Origin: an uncultured Thermotogae bacterium
GTDB lineage: Bacteria; Bipolaricaulota; Bipolaricaulia; UBA7950; UBA9294
Length of the DNA stretch: 61,469 bases
Direction: 5' to 3'
Assembly: GCA_964530075.1 (NCBI GenBank)
Contig: CAZGXU010000005.1
Coordinates: 1 to 61,469 of the forward strand
Shown: positions 8,581 to 17,853 of the stretch, in pieces
How positions within the stretch are numbered: the stretch's first letter is position 1
Layout of the letters: every line of letters starts with the position of its first letter
Program-made: the position numbers and the translations under genes
The notes under the pieces: model-generated
Databases searched by the model: none
What the model was told of the DNA's origin: nothing
What the model saw: the letters and a program-made list of their open reading frames with translations, nothing else

Positions 8581-9759
8581 ATGGTGGATCCTGCGATTCC
8601 TTCGACTTCACCCCCGTGGAAGAGAACGGCGCTCCTCTTCGTCGGGCATCTGCTCAACGACGGGTTCGCCAGCTTCTTCGCGCCGCTGCTCCCGCTGTTG
8701 ATCGATCGGCTCGATCTGTCGCTCGCCCTCGCCGGAGCGCTCGGGACGATCCGGATCGTCACCAACTCGCTGCTGCAGCCAGTGCTCGGCCACTTGGTCG
8801 ACCGCGTCCAGCGCCCGTGGCTGGTCGTCACCGGCCCGTTCCTCACGGTGCTGGCGATGTCGCTGATCGGCCGGGCCGGGGGCTTCACCCAGCTACTGGT
8901 CATCATGCTGATCGCCGGCGTGGGGACGGCGCTCTTCCACCCCGCCGCCGCGGCGCTCGTGGCGGCCGATCGTCCTCAGCGGCACGGGATGCTGATGGCG
9001 TTCTTCTCGGCGGGTGGATCGCTCGGCGGGGCGGCCGCACCGATCGTGATCGTCGCGTTCGTGGAGCGCTTCTCGATCTTTCGCACGCCGTGGCTGATCG
9101 CTCCGGGGCTCCTCATCCTGGCGGCGTTCGCGATCCCGCTGCGTCGAGCCCTCCCGTCGATCGTGCGGAAGGACGTCCGACTCGCTCGGTTCCGCGAGCT
9201 CCCGTCCCGACTGGTGCTGCTGTGGTTCGCGATCGTGTTGTCCTCGATGTGCTCGACGGCGTTCGCCACGTTCCTCGCGGTCCTCGTCACGGATCGGGGC
9301 GGGTCGGCGTTCATCGGCGGGGCCGCGATCAGCGTCTTCCTGCTCACCGGCGCCGTGGCCGGGTTCCTCGCCGGGAACCTCTCGGATCGGGTCGGCCGGA
9401 AGCGCGTAATCCTCGGGTCGCTCGCGCTGGCGACGCCGTTCTACATTCTCTTCCTGTACGGCCCGGTCTCGGCCGCCCTTCCGTTCATCGCCGCGGCCGG
9501 CATGTTCGGCGTCTCAATGACGCCCGTCGGCGTGGTCGCGGCGCAGGAATGCCTCCCGGGGCGGACCGGGCTCGTCTCCGGTCTGGTGATGGGGCTGGCG
9601 TGGGGCGTCGGCGGCCTGGCGCTCACCCCGATCGGCTGGCTGGCCGACCGCTTCGGCCTGATCGCGGTGATGACCGTCGTGTCGTTCCTCCCCCTCGCCG
9701 CGGCCGGCTTGATGGCCCTGTATCGCGAGCCGCTCCCGCCGCAACCCGAGGCGGCGTAG
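8581..9759 (+). CDS. MFS transporter (intact copy)
   Basis: About 392 aa with 12 hydrophobic segments. N-terminus MVDPAIPSTSPPWKRTALLFVGHLLNDGFASFF and MFS loop motif GHLVDRVQRP. Divergent from the ArsR gene. Confidence 0.85.
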   Translation: MVDPAIPSTSPPWKRTALLFVGHLLNDGFASFFAPLLPLLIDRLDLSLALAGALGTIRIVTNSLLQPVLGHLVDRVQRPWLVVTGPFLTVLAMSLIGRAGGFTQLLVIMLIAGVGTALFHPAAAALVAADRPQRHGMLMAFFSAGGSLGGAAAPIVIVAFVERFSIFRTPWLIAPGLLILAAFAIPLRRALPSIVRKDVRLARFRELPSRLVLLWFAIVLSSMCSTAFATFLAVLVTDRGGSAFIGGAAISVFLLTGAVAGFLAGNLSDRVGRKRVILGSLALATPFYILFLYGPVSAALPFIAAAGMFGVSMTPVGVVAAQECLPGRTGLVSGLVMGLAWGVGGLALTPIGWLADRFGLIAVMTVVSFLPLAAAGLMALYREPLPPQPEAA

Positions 9760-9999
9760 ATCGCCTCGATCCTGTCGCCGTGAGAGTGGAAGCCGCACGC
9801 CGCTGTCAATCGACGTGCTCCGACGACTCACGAACCAGTCCACCACGCCTGCTCGTGGGGATTCCGAGCTCTTGAACTGTGCAGGCATATTCAGAGAGCA
9901 GGATTTCAGATCCCATTCGAAATGCGATATAACCATCATGGCGGCAACCCACAGTCTGGAAGGAGGTGACGGGTCGTCGACAGGTGAAGGAGGATTGCG

Positions 10000-10422
10000 A
10001 TGTCGGTAGAACAGAACAAGGCCTTGGCTCGCCGCTGGCTGGAGGAAGTGTGGGGGAAAGGAAGCGCGGCCGCGGTGGATGAGCTTGCGGGAGACGATTT
10101 CGTCTGGCATTGGGCTCCTCCCGGAATGGGAAACGATCGCGAGGGGTACAAGCAGTTCCTGAGGATGGACTTCGAAGCCTTCGCCGACGTCAGCTGCACC
10201 ACCGACGACATCGTTGCGGAGGGAGACAGAGTCGCCAGCCGCTGGACGTGGCGCGGGACCCACAAAGGTGAGTTCATGGGCGTCGCCCCGACGGGCAAGC
10301 AGGTGGCACTGACCGGTATGTGCATCAACCGCTTTGCGAACGGAAAGGTCGTCGAGGAGTGGGGCGAGATGGACATGATGGGCATGATGCAGCAGCTCGG
10401 CGCGATCCCGCCGCCGGGCTGA
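10000..10422 (+). CDS. SnoaL-like / predicted ester cyclase family protein
   Basis: 140 aa. N-terminus NKALARRWLEEVWGKG..., ...GDRVASRWTWRGTHKGEFMGVAPTGKQVALTGMCINRFANGKVVEEWGEMD is the canonical ester-cyclase (NTF2-like) pattern. SD GAAGGAGG lies upstream. Confidence 0.8.
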   Translation: MSVEQNKALARRWLEEVWGKGSAAAVDELAGDDFVWHWAPPGMGNDREGYKQFLRMDFEAFADVSCTTDDIVAEGDRVASRWTWRGTHKGEFMGVAPTGKQVALTGMCINRFANGKVVEEWGEMDMMGMMQQLGAIPPPG

Positions 10423-10643
10423 GCATTCTGCCGATCTTCACCGGTCTCGCGCGGAAATCCGAAGAGGTAGGCCGGAGACAGGTTCGGCCCGTCGCTGGCG
10501 CTTCCGCTGAAGGGGTTGCCGCCTTCATCCAAGGGAAGACAGATCGAAGCCTTGAGGACTCGATCTCGCGCAGGTTCGGCAATCACGATCGCCGCGGCGT
10601 GGGCGATCTATTCGAAGAGGCCCACCCCGTCCGATCTGTGTCC

Positions 10644-11767
10644 CTAACGTACCGTTCGATACGTGGTCTCGCCAGCGACTCCCAGGAAGCGCCCCAGATC
10701 TTCGACCTCCGCCTCGATCCGCGTACGAAGGGTCGGGGAGAACCGGTGGAAAGGATCGACCGTCACTGCCATTCGCTTTCCCCGCCGTCGGGAAGACCAT
10801 GTGCCGCACACCCGGCCCCGATTCAGCACGACCGGGGACAACCATCCCGCCTTGCGAAAGACTCTCCGGGAGTGCTGTCGATCGACCAGGTGTCCCTTTT
10901 CCCGGTGGCCCAGCAAATAGGGATCGAAGCTCGGCAAGAGTCGAACGGCCGAGCCGTCCGACTCCTTTGCCGGGACGTGCTTGAGATCTTGTCGCAGCAG
11001 CAACGTAGTACGCGACCCCCTATGACGACCTCAACGAGCTCGTCCGTCAGACGCTCGCGAATCGAACGGGCTTCCTTCACGGCTTGGCCGGACCATCGGG
11101 CGTAATCCTGAAGAGTCGCTGGGCCGTACCCCTGTAGATATCGGCGGAAAAGCGCTTCACCGGCCTGTTCTTCGTGCATTCCGTGAAACCCGGGGAGGTG
11201 TTGGTCCAGACGCACGAAGGTGACCTCCACCCCTCGGTTCGGGCCGAAGCAGACGTGTCCCTGCAGAGCGGCCTGCTTCACGACGCCACCCCAACTGTGC
11301 TCCACCCACGGCCTGACCCGCTCTCCGAGCCGGGAGACGAGGCGTTCCGCCAGCTCCTTGCGGGTGAGTAGCCCGGAGGAGAGTGCTTCAGGGATCGCCC
11401 CTGCCAGGGTGTCGGCCTCCTTGGCATCGATTCCTTTGTGGGAGAGCCACCGTTGAACCTCGCGCGCGCCGCTTTGCTTGAGAGCGCCGACATACATGGG
11501 CAGCTCGTCCGCCGGAACCAGATGGACGGTGCCTCGCATAGCCCAGGTCTTGACGAGCCTACGGGTCTCGCACAGAGCGCGCTCCACGTCCTCTCGGTCG
11601 AGGTCTTGCACTCGTGCCCACAACGCGATTTGGGCGGCGGCCATGACCTGAGCTTGGACACCGCATCGATCTCTTACCACCGTGACAAGCGAATCAGCCG
11701 GAGCGCGCTGGAGAAGATGATGGCGTAGCAACCGAAAGGAGGAGACTTGCCCCTGCCGCAGTTCCAC
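10644..11767 (-). pseudogene. Winged-helix DNA glycosylase AlkZ-like (DUF1006) gene with a -1 nt frameshift
   Basis: The N-terminal 3/4 (FRLLRHHLLQRAP...KTWAMRGTVHLVP...) lies in the frame of ORF 10823..11941. The conserved C-terminus (RLLPSFDPYLLGH...VVLNRGRVCGTW...) lies in the frame of ORF 10644..11003. The frames meet at a C5/G5 homopolymer (11016-11020); adding one G restores a continuous protein. Confidence 0.6.
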
Positions 11768-12025
11768 GTGTGCCTCCACGGATGACCGCCTCCTCGATCC
11801 AGTCACCCAAGATTGTACCGCTGGCAAGTCGAGATCCAGGTCTGTCGTTCCATCTGGATCTCGCGTGGATGCTGGTGGGCGTGTCTTCGGTCTCGGTGTT
11901 CCGGGGCCGTCCGACCAATCCGCAGCAGCCGACGTACGCACGCACAGCGCTCGATAGGCTGCAGTACGCCTCTGGTTTACTCACCGTGCTATCATTGCTC
12001 GACACCTGTGTAGGAGGGGCTGGGA

Positions 12026-13483
12026 ATGCTTGAGCTGCTGAAGAAGGTCCGACTGTTCTGCGAGCTGGACGAGGCGGCCCTGTCCGCGCTGCAAGAGGCG
12101 CTTCGGCCGGCGACGTTCGCGGCGGGGGAGGACCTCTGCCGCGAGGGCGAGGCCGGAGACCGGATGTTCATCATCGAGTCCGGCGAAGTCGCGGTCCTCA
12201 AGGAGGTCAAGGGGGAGGAGCCGATCGAGGTCACGGTCCTCAAAGCCGGCGATGTCGCCGGCGAGATGGGCCTGTTCGGTCAGGAGACGCGCTCGGCCAC
12301 CCTGCGCGCGCTCAGCGAGTGCAGGGTCTGGACGCTCGGCTACGACACGTTCGAGCGGTTGCTCGAGAGCAGTCGGTGCGTGGCGAAGGGCCTCCTCTCC
12401 TACATGTCCGGGCACCTGGTTCGCGAGACGTCGACCGTCGCGCGGTTGCTCGCGAGGGACATCGAGCGCGGGCTCCGCGTCGCCTTCTACCACGCCAGTC
12501 CCTACCGGAACGAGCTATACCGGCAGAAGAACCGGCACGGCTTCGCGATGCGCTTCTTCACCCCGCGCCTGGAGCTGGACACCGTCCCCCTGGCGGCCAA
12601 CTCCCCGGTGATCGTGATCAGCGCCAACGACTGCGCCGACGCGGACGTCATCAAGGGATTGAGCGCGCTCGGCGTCGAGATGATCGCGCTCCGATGCGCC
12701 GGGTACAACAACGTCGACCTCGAGGCGTGCGAGCGGTTCGGGATCAGCGTCGCGCGGGTCCCGGCCTACTCGCCGTACGCCGTGGCCGAGCACGCCGTCG
12801 CGCTGATGATGGCGCTCAACCGGAAGACCCACCGCGCGCACGCCCGGGTCCGCGACGGCAACTTCTCCCTGAACGGCCTCGTCGGATTCGACATGCACGG
12901 TCGGACGGCCGGCGTGATCGGGACCGGGAAAATCGGCGCCTGCCTGCTGAGCATCCTCCACGGGTTCGGCTGCCGGTTGCTCGCCCACAGCCGGACGCCG
13001 AAGCAAGAGCTGGTCGACCGGTACGGGGTCCGCTACGTCGAGCTCGACGAGCTACTCGCCGAATCGGACGTCATCAGCCTCCATGCGCCGCTGAGCCCGG
13101 AGACCCACCATCTGATCGACGCCGGTGCGATCGAGAAGATGAAGACGGGGGTCATGCTGATCAACACCGCTCGCGGAGGGCTGATCGACACCGAGGCGCT
13201 GATCGACGGATTGAAGCGCGGGAAGGTCGGGTACGCCGGTCTGGACGTCTACGAGGAGGAGGCCGAGTACTTCTACAAGGACCTCTCCGACAGCGTGATC
13301 ACCGACGACGCGCTCGCCCGCCTGACCACGTTCAACAACGTGATGGTCACCGGCCATCAGGGGTCGCTGACCGACGTGGCGCAGACGAACATCGCGGAGA
13401 CGACGATCGAGAACATCCGCGAGTACGAGCTCGGGAAGCGCGAGAGCGAGCTGGCGAACGCCGTCCGGCCCAGCGGCCCGTGA
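12026..13483 (+). CDS. Cyclic-nucleotide-binding domain fused to D-lactate/D-2-hydroxyacid dehydrogenase
   Basis: Residues about 1-130 are a cNMP-binding (CAP effector) domain (FCELDEAAL...GEAGDRMFIIESGEVAV...GEMGLF...RSATLRA). The remainder is LdhA-like (RCAGYNNVDLEA, RVPAYSPYAVAEHAVALMMALNRK, GVIGTGKIG, LINTARGGLID, DVYEEE, TGHQG). Confidence 0.85.
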   Translation: MLELLKKVRLFCELDEAALSALQEALRPATFAAGEDLCREGEAGDRMFIIESGEVAVLKEVKGEEPIEVTVLKAGDVAGEMGLFGQETRSATLRALSECRVWTLGYDTFERLLESSRCVAKGLLSYMSGHLVRETSTVARLLARDIERGLRVAFYHASPYRNELYRQKNRHGFAMRFFTPRLELDTVPLAANSPVIVISANDCADADVIKGLSALGVEMIALRCAGYNNVDLEACERFGISVARVPAYSPYAVAEHAVALMMALNRKTHRAHARVRDGNFSLNGLVGFDMHGRTAGVIGTGKIGACLLSILHGFGCRLLAHSRTPKQELVDRYGVRYVELDELLAESDVISLHAPLSPETHHLIDAGAIEKMKTGVMLINTARGGLIDTEALIDGLKRGKVGYAGLDVYEEEAEYFYKDLSDSVITDDALARLTTFNNVMVTGHQGSLTDVAQTNIAETTIENIREYELGKRESELANAVRPSGP

Positions 13484-13550
13484 GCGGGCTGCGGTCGCGC
13501 CCCCAAGTTCGGCGCTGCGTGACAGCTTCGTCGGCGCTGCGCGCCAGGCG

Positions 13551-14417
13551 CTAAAAGAAGATCAGCAGCCCGATCGATAGCCAGGGAACGCCGACGGTGT
13601 CGAGCGTGGCGCCGAGGTCGAAGTAGAGGGATCGACCGAGCCGGAAGAGCAGGCCGCCGCCGACGTGGGGGATGATGAACGCGTCGGTCCCCAGCTGGAC
13701 GTAGGGGAGGAGGAACGGCGTCGCCTCCAGGCGCGTCTCCTCGAGAAGCGTATCGCCGTCGCCGATCCCTTCGCCGACGAGCCGCTCGGCCATCCGCTCG
13801 ACCCAATCGACGGAGGGCGAGAAGTAGAGCCGTCCGACCAGCCCGAACAGGATCGCGTTGACCCCGATCGTGAACCGCGGGATCTCGAACCCGTTCTTCA
13901 TCGAGAACCCGAGCTGAAGCCCCGAATCGATTCCGATCGTCAACGAGCCGGACCGCGCGTCGTACGCGTCGACGACGGATTGAACCATCGCCGCCGAGCC
14001 CGACGGGACGGCCGGCTGAACCGGCTCCGGCGCGGGCGCGCTCACGGGCGCAACGGGCGGCTCGAATCGGATCTCGACGATGCCGTCCACGCTGATCGAC
14101 TGGACGTCGCCGCCCTCCGTCCGCAGGCCGAAGACGTCGCTGATCCCGCCGAGCGTCCCGACAATGATGTTCCCGTCGAACGTCTCAACGGTCACCTGGC
14201 GGTCTTCCCCGAAGCGGATGTGCTTCATGTTCGCCCGCTGCACGGTGAACACGTCGCCCGTCTCCGATGTGACGCTGACCGTCGCCGGCAGGCCCGTCTC
14301 GATCGTGCCGGTCAGGACCGAGCCGCCGGACGTGATGATCGTCTCTGCACCGCATGCGCCGAGCACCAGCCCGATCGACGCGGCAAGTACTACAGCTCCA
14401 ATCGCAATCCTGCGCAT
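13551..14417 (-). CDS. Hypothetical lipoprotein with C-terminal beta-barrel-like domain
   Basis: Signal peptide plus lipobox (MRRIAIGAVVLAASIGLVLGAC). The C-terminal ~150 aa show alternating hydrophobic strands and end in ...LLIFF (terminal Phe as in outer-membrane proteins). Start chosen at the second ATG (14417) after GGAGGG. Confidence 0.55.
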   Translation of the reverse strand: MRRIAIGAVVLAASIGLVLGACGAETIITSGGSVLTGTIETGLPATVSVTSETGDVFTVQRANMKHIRFGEDRQVTVETFDGNIIVGTLGGISDVFGLRTEGGDVQSISVDGIVEIRFEPPVAPVSAPAPEPVQPAVPSGSAAMVQSVVDAYDARSGSLTIGIDSGLQLGFSMKNGFEIPRFTIGVNAILFGLVGRLYFSPSVDWVERMAERLVGEGIGDGDTLLEETRLEATPFLLPYVQLGTDAFIIPHVGGGLLFRLGRSLYFDLGATLDTVGVPWLSIGLLIFF

Positions 14418-14548
14418 GATTCCCTCCATCCCCCGCTTTCAGTTCCGGACTCGCGGACCATCATACAGGAAGGACGATGCGAGAGAAACGGGAGAAGGTG
14501 TTCGGTCCGCATCGATCCGATGAAAGGGGCCGAGCGGATCGGTGCCCC

Positions 14549-15190
14549 TCACGGAGCCGGCCCGCCGGGCGCCGAAGCGGCCCCGAGGGGACGGTCGGCG
14601 TCCTCGGAGGAGATCCGCTTCTGGCCGGAGACGACGTGATCCTGCATGTCGCGATAGAAGTCGAACGCCCGCTTCTCGAGGATCCGGATGATCCTCATGT
14701 TGCCGGGCTGGAACTCGGCGACGACACGCCCCACGCCCCACGCGTGCGCGAGCCGGAGACAGCAGTCGGTGAACGCACTTCCGAGTCCCTTGCTCTGCCA
14801 CGGATCGGCGACGAGGACGGCGTACTCGGCGGCTTCGTGCGCCGGATCGGCGAGAAGCTGCGCGACCCCGAGTAGCGCGGACGAGCCGTCCACGTGGGCT
14901 TCGGCGACGACCGTGAGCTCCGCCTCGAGATTCGGACAACAGAGGCGACTCGCCAGCGCGCTCGCCGGTTCTTGAACCACGCGCTCGTATCGGGAGTAGA
15001 GGCTCTTCGGACTGCACGAGGAGAGCATCGCGCTGCACGCCGGAACGTCGGTCGGCCCGATCAGCCGGAAACACACCTCCGTGCCGTCCCGCAGCTGGCA
15101 ATGCCCGTCCCGCTCGCAGACGACCCGCAGCGTGTCCCCCATCCCGCTTGACCGCACCGCAGCCGACGAATCGCTATCGACGTGCCCCAT
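14549..15190 (-). CDS. GNAT-family N-acetyltransferase
   Basis: 213 aa from ATG 15190. Acetyl-CoA motif region YAVLVADPWQSKGLGSAFTDCCLRLA and a layout resembling the GNAT domain of Pat-type protein acetyltransferases. The longer ORF-track version (to 15592) has no supporting features. Confidence 0.7.
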   Translation of the reverse strand: MGHVDSDSSAAVRSSGMGDTLRVVCERDGHCQLRDGTEVCFRLIGPTDVPACSAMLSSCSPKSLYSRYERVVQEPASALASRLCCPNLEAELTVVAEAHVDGSSALLGVAQLLADPAHEAAEYAVLVADPWQSKGLGSAFTDCCLRLAHAWGVGRVVAEFQPGNMRIIRILEKRAFDFYRDMQDHVVSGQKRISSEDADRPLGAASAPGGPAP

Positions 15191-15265
15191 GGTACCAATA
15201 TAGGCGAGAACGCTCTTCAGGTCTAGTCCTGGGGCGTTCGGATCCGCGCCGAGTCTTCTTCGGGT

Positions 15266-15877
15266 ATGATCGATCGGGCCCCGGAGAGCGGAACTCGCCC
15301 GGAGGAGGTCCGGATGGATGAATCGCCCGCAGCGCTGCAACTCGCCTACCAGATCAGCGGAGCGCGTCTCGGGAGGCGACGGCTGGCGCATCGGACCGGC
15401 CTCACGGAGATGTCCGTTCGGACCGAGTTGGATCGGCTGCGCGATCGGAAGCTCGTCAGGCTGCAGCGCGCGGGCGTCGACCTGACCCCCGCGGGGCGGA
15501 GGCGCTTCGCCCGACTCCTCGATCCGATCCGGTCGGTCGCGCAGGTCGAGTTGACCTCCCTCCGACTCGACACCGTCGGCCTTGCCGCCCACCTCGCAGC
15601 GAGAGAGGCGGACCCGGCCTGGGCGCTGCGCGACGAGGCGATCCGCGAAGGTGCGACCGGCCTTCTACTCCTCCGATTCGGTCACGCTAGCTGGTCCTTC
15701 GCGCACGATGGCGAGCCGATCGCCCCCGACAACCCCGAGGACGCCCGGACGATCGAGGCGGCCTTCCCAGGACCGTCGGCCGGGGACCTCCTGCTCATCG
15801 CGTCCGGACCGGACCTCAAGCGCGCCGGGCTCGGGCTCTGGCGCGCGGTTCTCGCGGTGCTGGAGGGGAACTCCTAG
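15266..15877 (+). CDS. Hypothetical winged-helix DNA-binding protein
   Basis: 203-aa ORF. wHTH-like segment RRRLAHRTGLTEMSVRTELDRLRDRKLVRLQRAG followed by an uncharacterised ~110-aa domain (possibly DUF4443-like). Start uncertain (alternative ATG about 15314). Confidence 0.45.
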   Translation: MIDRAPESGTRPEEVRMDESPAALQLAYQISGARLGRRRLAHRTGLTEMSVRTELDRLRDRKLVRLQRAGVDLTPAGRRRFARLLDPIRSVAQVELTSLRLDTVGLAAHLAAREADPAWALRDEAIREGATGLLLLRFGHASWSFAHDGEPIAPDNPEDARTIEAAFPGPSAGDLLLIASGPDLKRAGLGLWRAVLAVLEGNS

Positions 15878-15962
15878 TCTTCGCGTTGCAGACGTTCTCA
15901 ACTGCTGCTACGATCAGCGCACCTTGTGGGATGTGACATCCCACTACAAGGAGGAGCTCCTC

Positions 15963-16832
15963 ATGAGAAGCATCCCGATCCTCGTCGGGCTCGTCGCCGC
16001 CCTCACATCGGCGGCGATTGCCCAGCCGTTCCCCGTCGCGGTGACCGACGACCGCGGAGAACGGGTCACCATCGAGTCGATGCCCCAACGGATCGTCGCC
16101 GTCGGCGCCCTCTACGCGGAGATCGTCGTCGGCCTCGGGGCCATCGACCGGCTGATCGCCGTCGCCGACTCGCCGGACAACCCTCCGTCCACGGCCGGCC
16201 TGCCGTCGGTCGGCCCAACGTACGCCCCGAACGTCGAGCTGATCCTCTCCAACGAGCCGGACCTCGTCCTCGGAGCGACCGACTGGGGCGGCGAGCGTCC
16301 CGCGCTCGAGGCGGCGGGGGTGACCGTTCTCACCACACCCCTGCTGACGAGCATCGCCTCGATCTTCGAATCGATCCGGACCCTGGGCACGGCGATTGGG
16401 GCGTCGCAGCAGAGCGTCCTGTTGGCAGGGAGCATCGCCGCGGAGATCGTCGAGGAGGAGGCCCTCGTCCTCGGGCGCCGGCCCGTACCTGCGGCGTTCC
16501 TCTACGCCGCTTCGGCGGACGACCCGCCGTATGCGGCAGGCTCCGGCTCGCTCGAGAACGAACTCATCTTTCGGGCGGGGGGGACGAACGTGTTCGCCGA
16601 CATCGACGGGTTCCCGCAAGTCGGGTTCGAGGAGATCATCGCGCGGGATCCCGAGGTGATCTTCACCGCGCCGTCCCAGATCTCGAACATCACCGGCAAC
16701 GCGCTGCTCCGCGGCGTCTCCGCCGTCGCGCACGGCAGGGTCGTCGGCATCCGAGCGAGCGTCGTCACGTCGACCCGCGTCGCCGAGGCCCTCGGGGCGA
16801 TGATCGAGGCGCTGCACGGGATCGAGCCGTAG
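15963..16832 (+). CDS. ABC substrate-binding protein, cluster A-II (BtuF/FhuD-like; cobalamin or Fe-siderophore)
   Basis: Signal peptide MRSIPILVGLVAALTSAAIA, then PQRIVAVGALYAEIVVGLGAIDRLIAV and EPDLVL, characteristic of periplasmic-binding-protein family 2. SD AAGGAGGAG lies upstream of ATG 15963. Confidence 0.85.
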   Translation: MRSIPILVGLVAALTSAAIAQPFPVAVTDDRGERVTIESMPQRIVAVGALYAEIVVGLGAIDRLIAVADSPDNPPSTAGLPSVGPTYAPNVELILSNEPDLVLGATDWGGERPALEAAGVTVLTTPLLTSIASIFESIRTLGTAIGASQQSVLLAGSIAAEIVEEEALVLGRRPVPAAFLYAASADDPPYAAGSGSLENELIFRAGGTNVFADIDGFPQVGFEEIIARDPEVIFTAPSQISNITGNALLRGVSAVAHGRVVGIRASVVTSTRVAEALGAMIEALHGIEP

Positions 16833-16833
16833 T

Positions 16834-17853
16834 ATGGCCGCCTCACAACGACGGATCGGACGCTGGTTCGTCTGGGGACTCGTCGTCCTCGTCGCCGCGT
16901 CGCTGTTCGCCGGACTCGTCGTCGGACCGGTGCCAATCCCCGTCCGCGCCGTCTGGGCGAGCCTGGTCGGCCGCGCGGCCGAATCCGTCTCGCCCGTCCA
17001 CCGCGTGATCGTCTCGGAATTGCGGCTTCCCCGCGTCTTGCTCGGCTTGCTCGTCGGCTCGGCGCTCGCCGTCTCGGGCGTCGCGATGCAGGGGCTGTTC
17101 CGAAACCCGCTCGCCAGTCCGTACGTCCTCGGGATCGCCAGCGGCGCATCGACCGGCGCGGCTCTGGCGATCCTGTTCGCAGCCGGGTCGGTCCTCGTCC
17201 TGCCGCTGGGGGCGTTCGTGGGGGGTGCGGCCGCCGTCTCGATCGTCTACGGGCTGGCCCGCGGTCGCGATCGGCGGACGTCGATCTTTACGCTCATCCT
17301 GTCCGGGGTCGCCGTCGGGTCGCTGTTCTCCGCCGTGACCAGCTTCCTCATCTTTCTCAGCTCCGGCGGCGAGAAGCTGTCCGACGTGCTGTTCTGGATC
17401 ATGGGAGGGCTGGGGCGCGCAAGCTGGACGGCCGTCGCCGTCCTCGGGCCGATCGCACTCGTCGGCATCGGAGCCGTGTTCTTCTTCGCCCGCGATCTGA
17501 ACGCGCTCGCGCTGGGCGAGGAGGGAGCGTTCCACGTCGGCGTCCACCCGGACTCGCTCTATCGGTGGCTTCTCGGCCTGACGACGGTGCTGACCGGCGC
17601 GGCAGTCGCGATGGCCGGGACCATCGGATTCGTCGGACTGATCATCCCCCACGCCATGCGCTTGTGGGTCGGCCCGGACCACCGTCGCTTGATCCCCGTC
17701 TCCGCGTTGGCAGGCGGCTGCTTCCTCGTCTGGTCGGACATGGCCGCACGGACGGTGTTCGCGCCGGCCGAGCTGCCTGTCGGGGTGATCACCGCCTTCC
17801 TCGGAGCGCCGTTCTTCCTCTACCTGTTGAAGACGAGAGGGGCGCGACTGTGA
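16834..17853 (+). CDS. FecCD-family ABC permease (BtuC-like)
   Basis: 339 aa, about 9-10 TM segments. FecCD signatures (RLPRVLLGLLVGSALAVSGVAMQGLFRNPLASPYVLGI..., GTIGFVGLIIPH...). Confidence 0.9.
   Translation: MAASQRRIGRWFVWGLVVLVAASLFAGLVVGPVPIPVRAVWASLVGRAAESVSPVHRVIVSELRLPRVLLGLLVGSALAVSGVAMQGLFRNPLASPYVLGIASGASTGAALAILFAAGSVLVLPLGAFVGGAAAVSIVYGLARGRDRRTSIFTLILSGVAVGSLFSAVTSFLIFLSSGGEKLSDVLFWIMGGLGRASWTAVAVLGPIALVGIGAVFFFARDLNALALGEEGAFHVGVHPDSLYRWLLGLTTVLTGAAVAMAGTIGFVGLIIPHAMRLWVGPDHRRLIPVSALAGGCFLVWSDMAARTVFAPAELPVGVITAFLGAPFFLYLLKTRGARL

Noticed and set aside
3229-8715. Calling the repeat-flanked blocks a mobile element or genomic island with att sites.
   Set aside because: No integrase, recombinase, transposase, tRNA target or terminal inverted repeats are visible. 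I therefore report it only as a repeat/rearrangement observation, not as a mobile_element feature.
15878-15962. Cobalamin riboswitch upstream of the BtuF-like gene, and likewise in the 23462-23580 leader of URO-D paralogue 1.
   Set aside because: The regions are too short (85 and about 120 nt) and lack the conserved B12-box. An Infernal scan would be needed for certainty.
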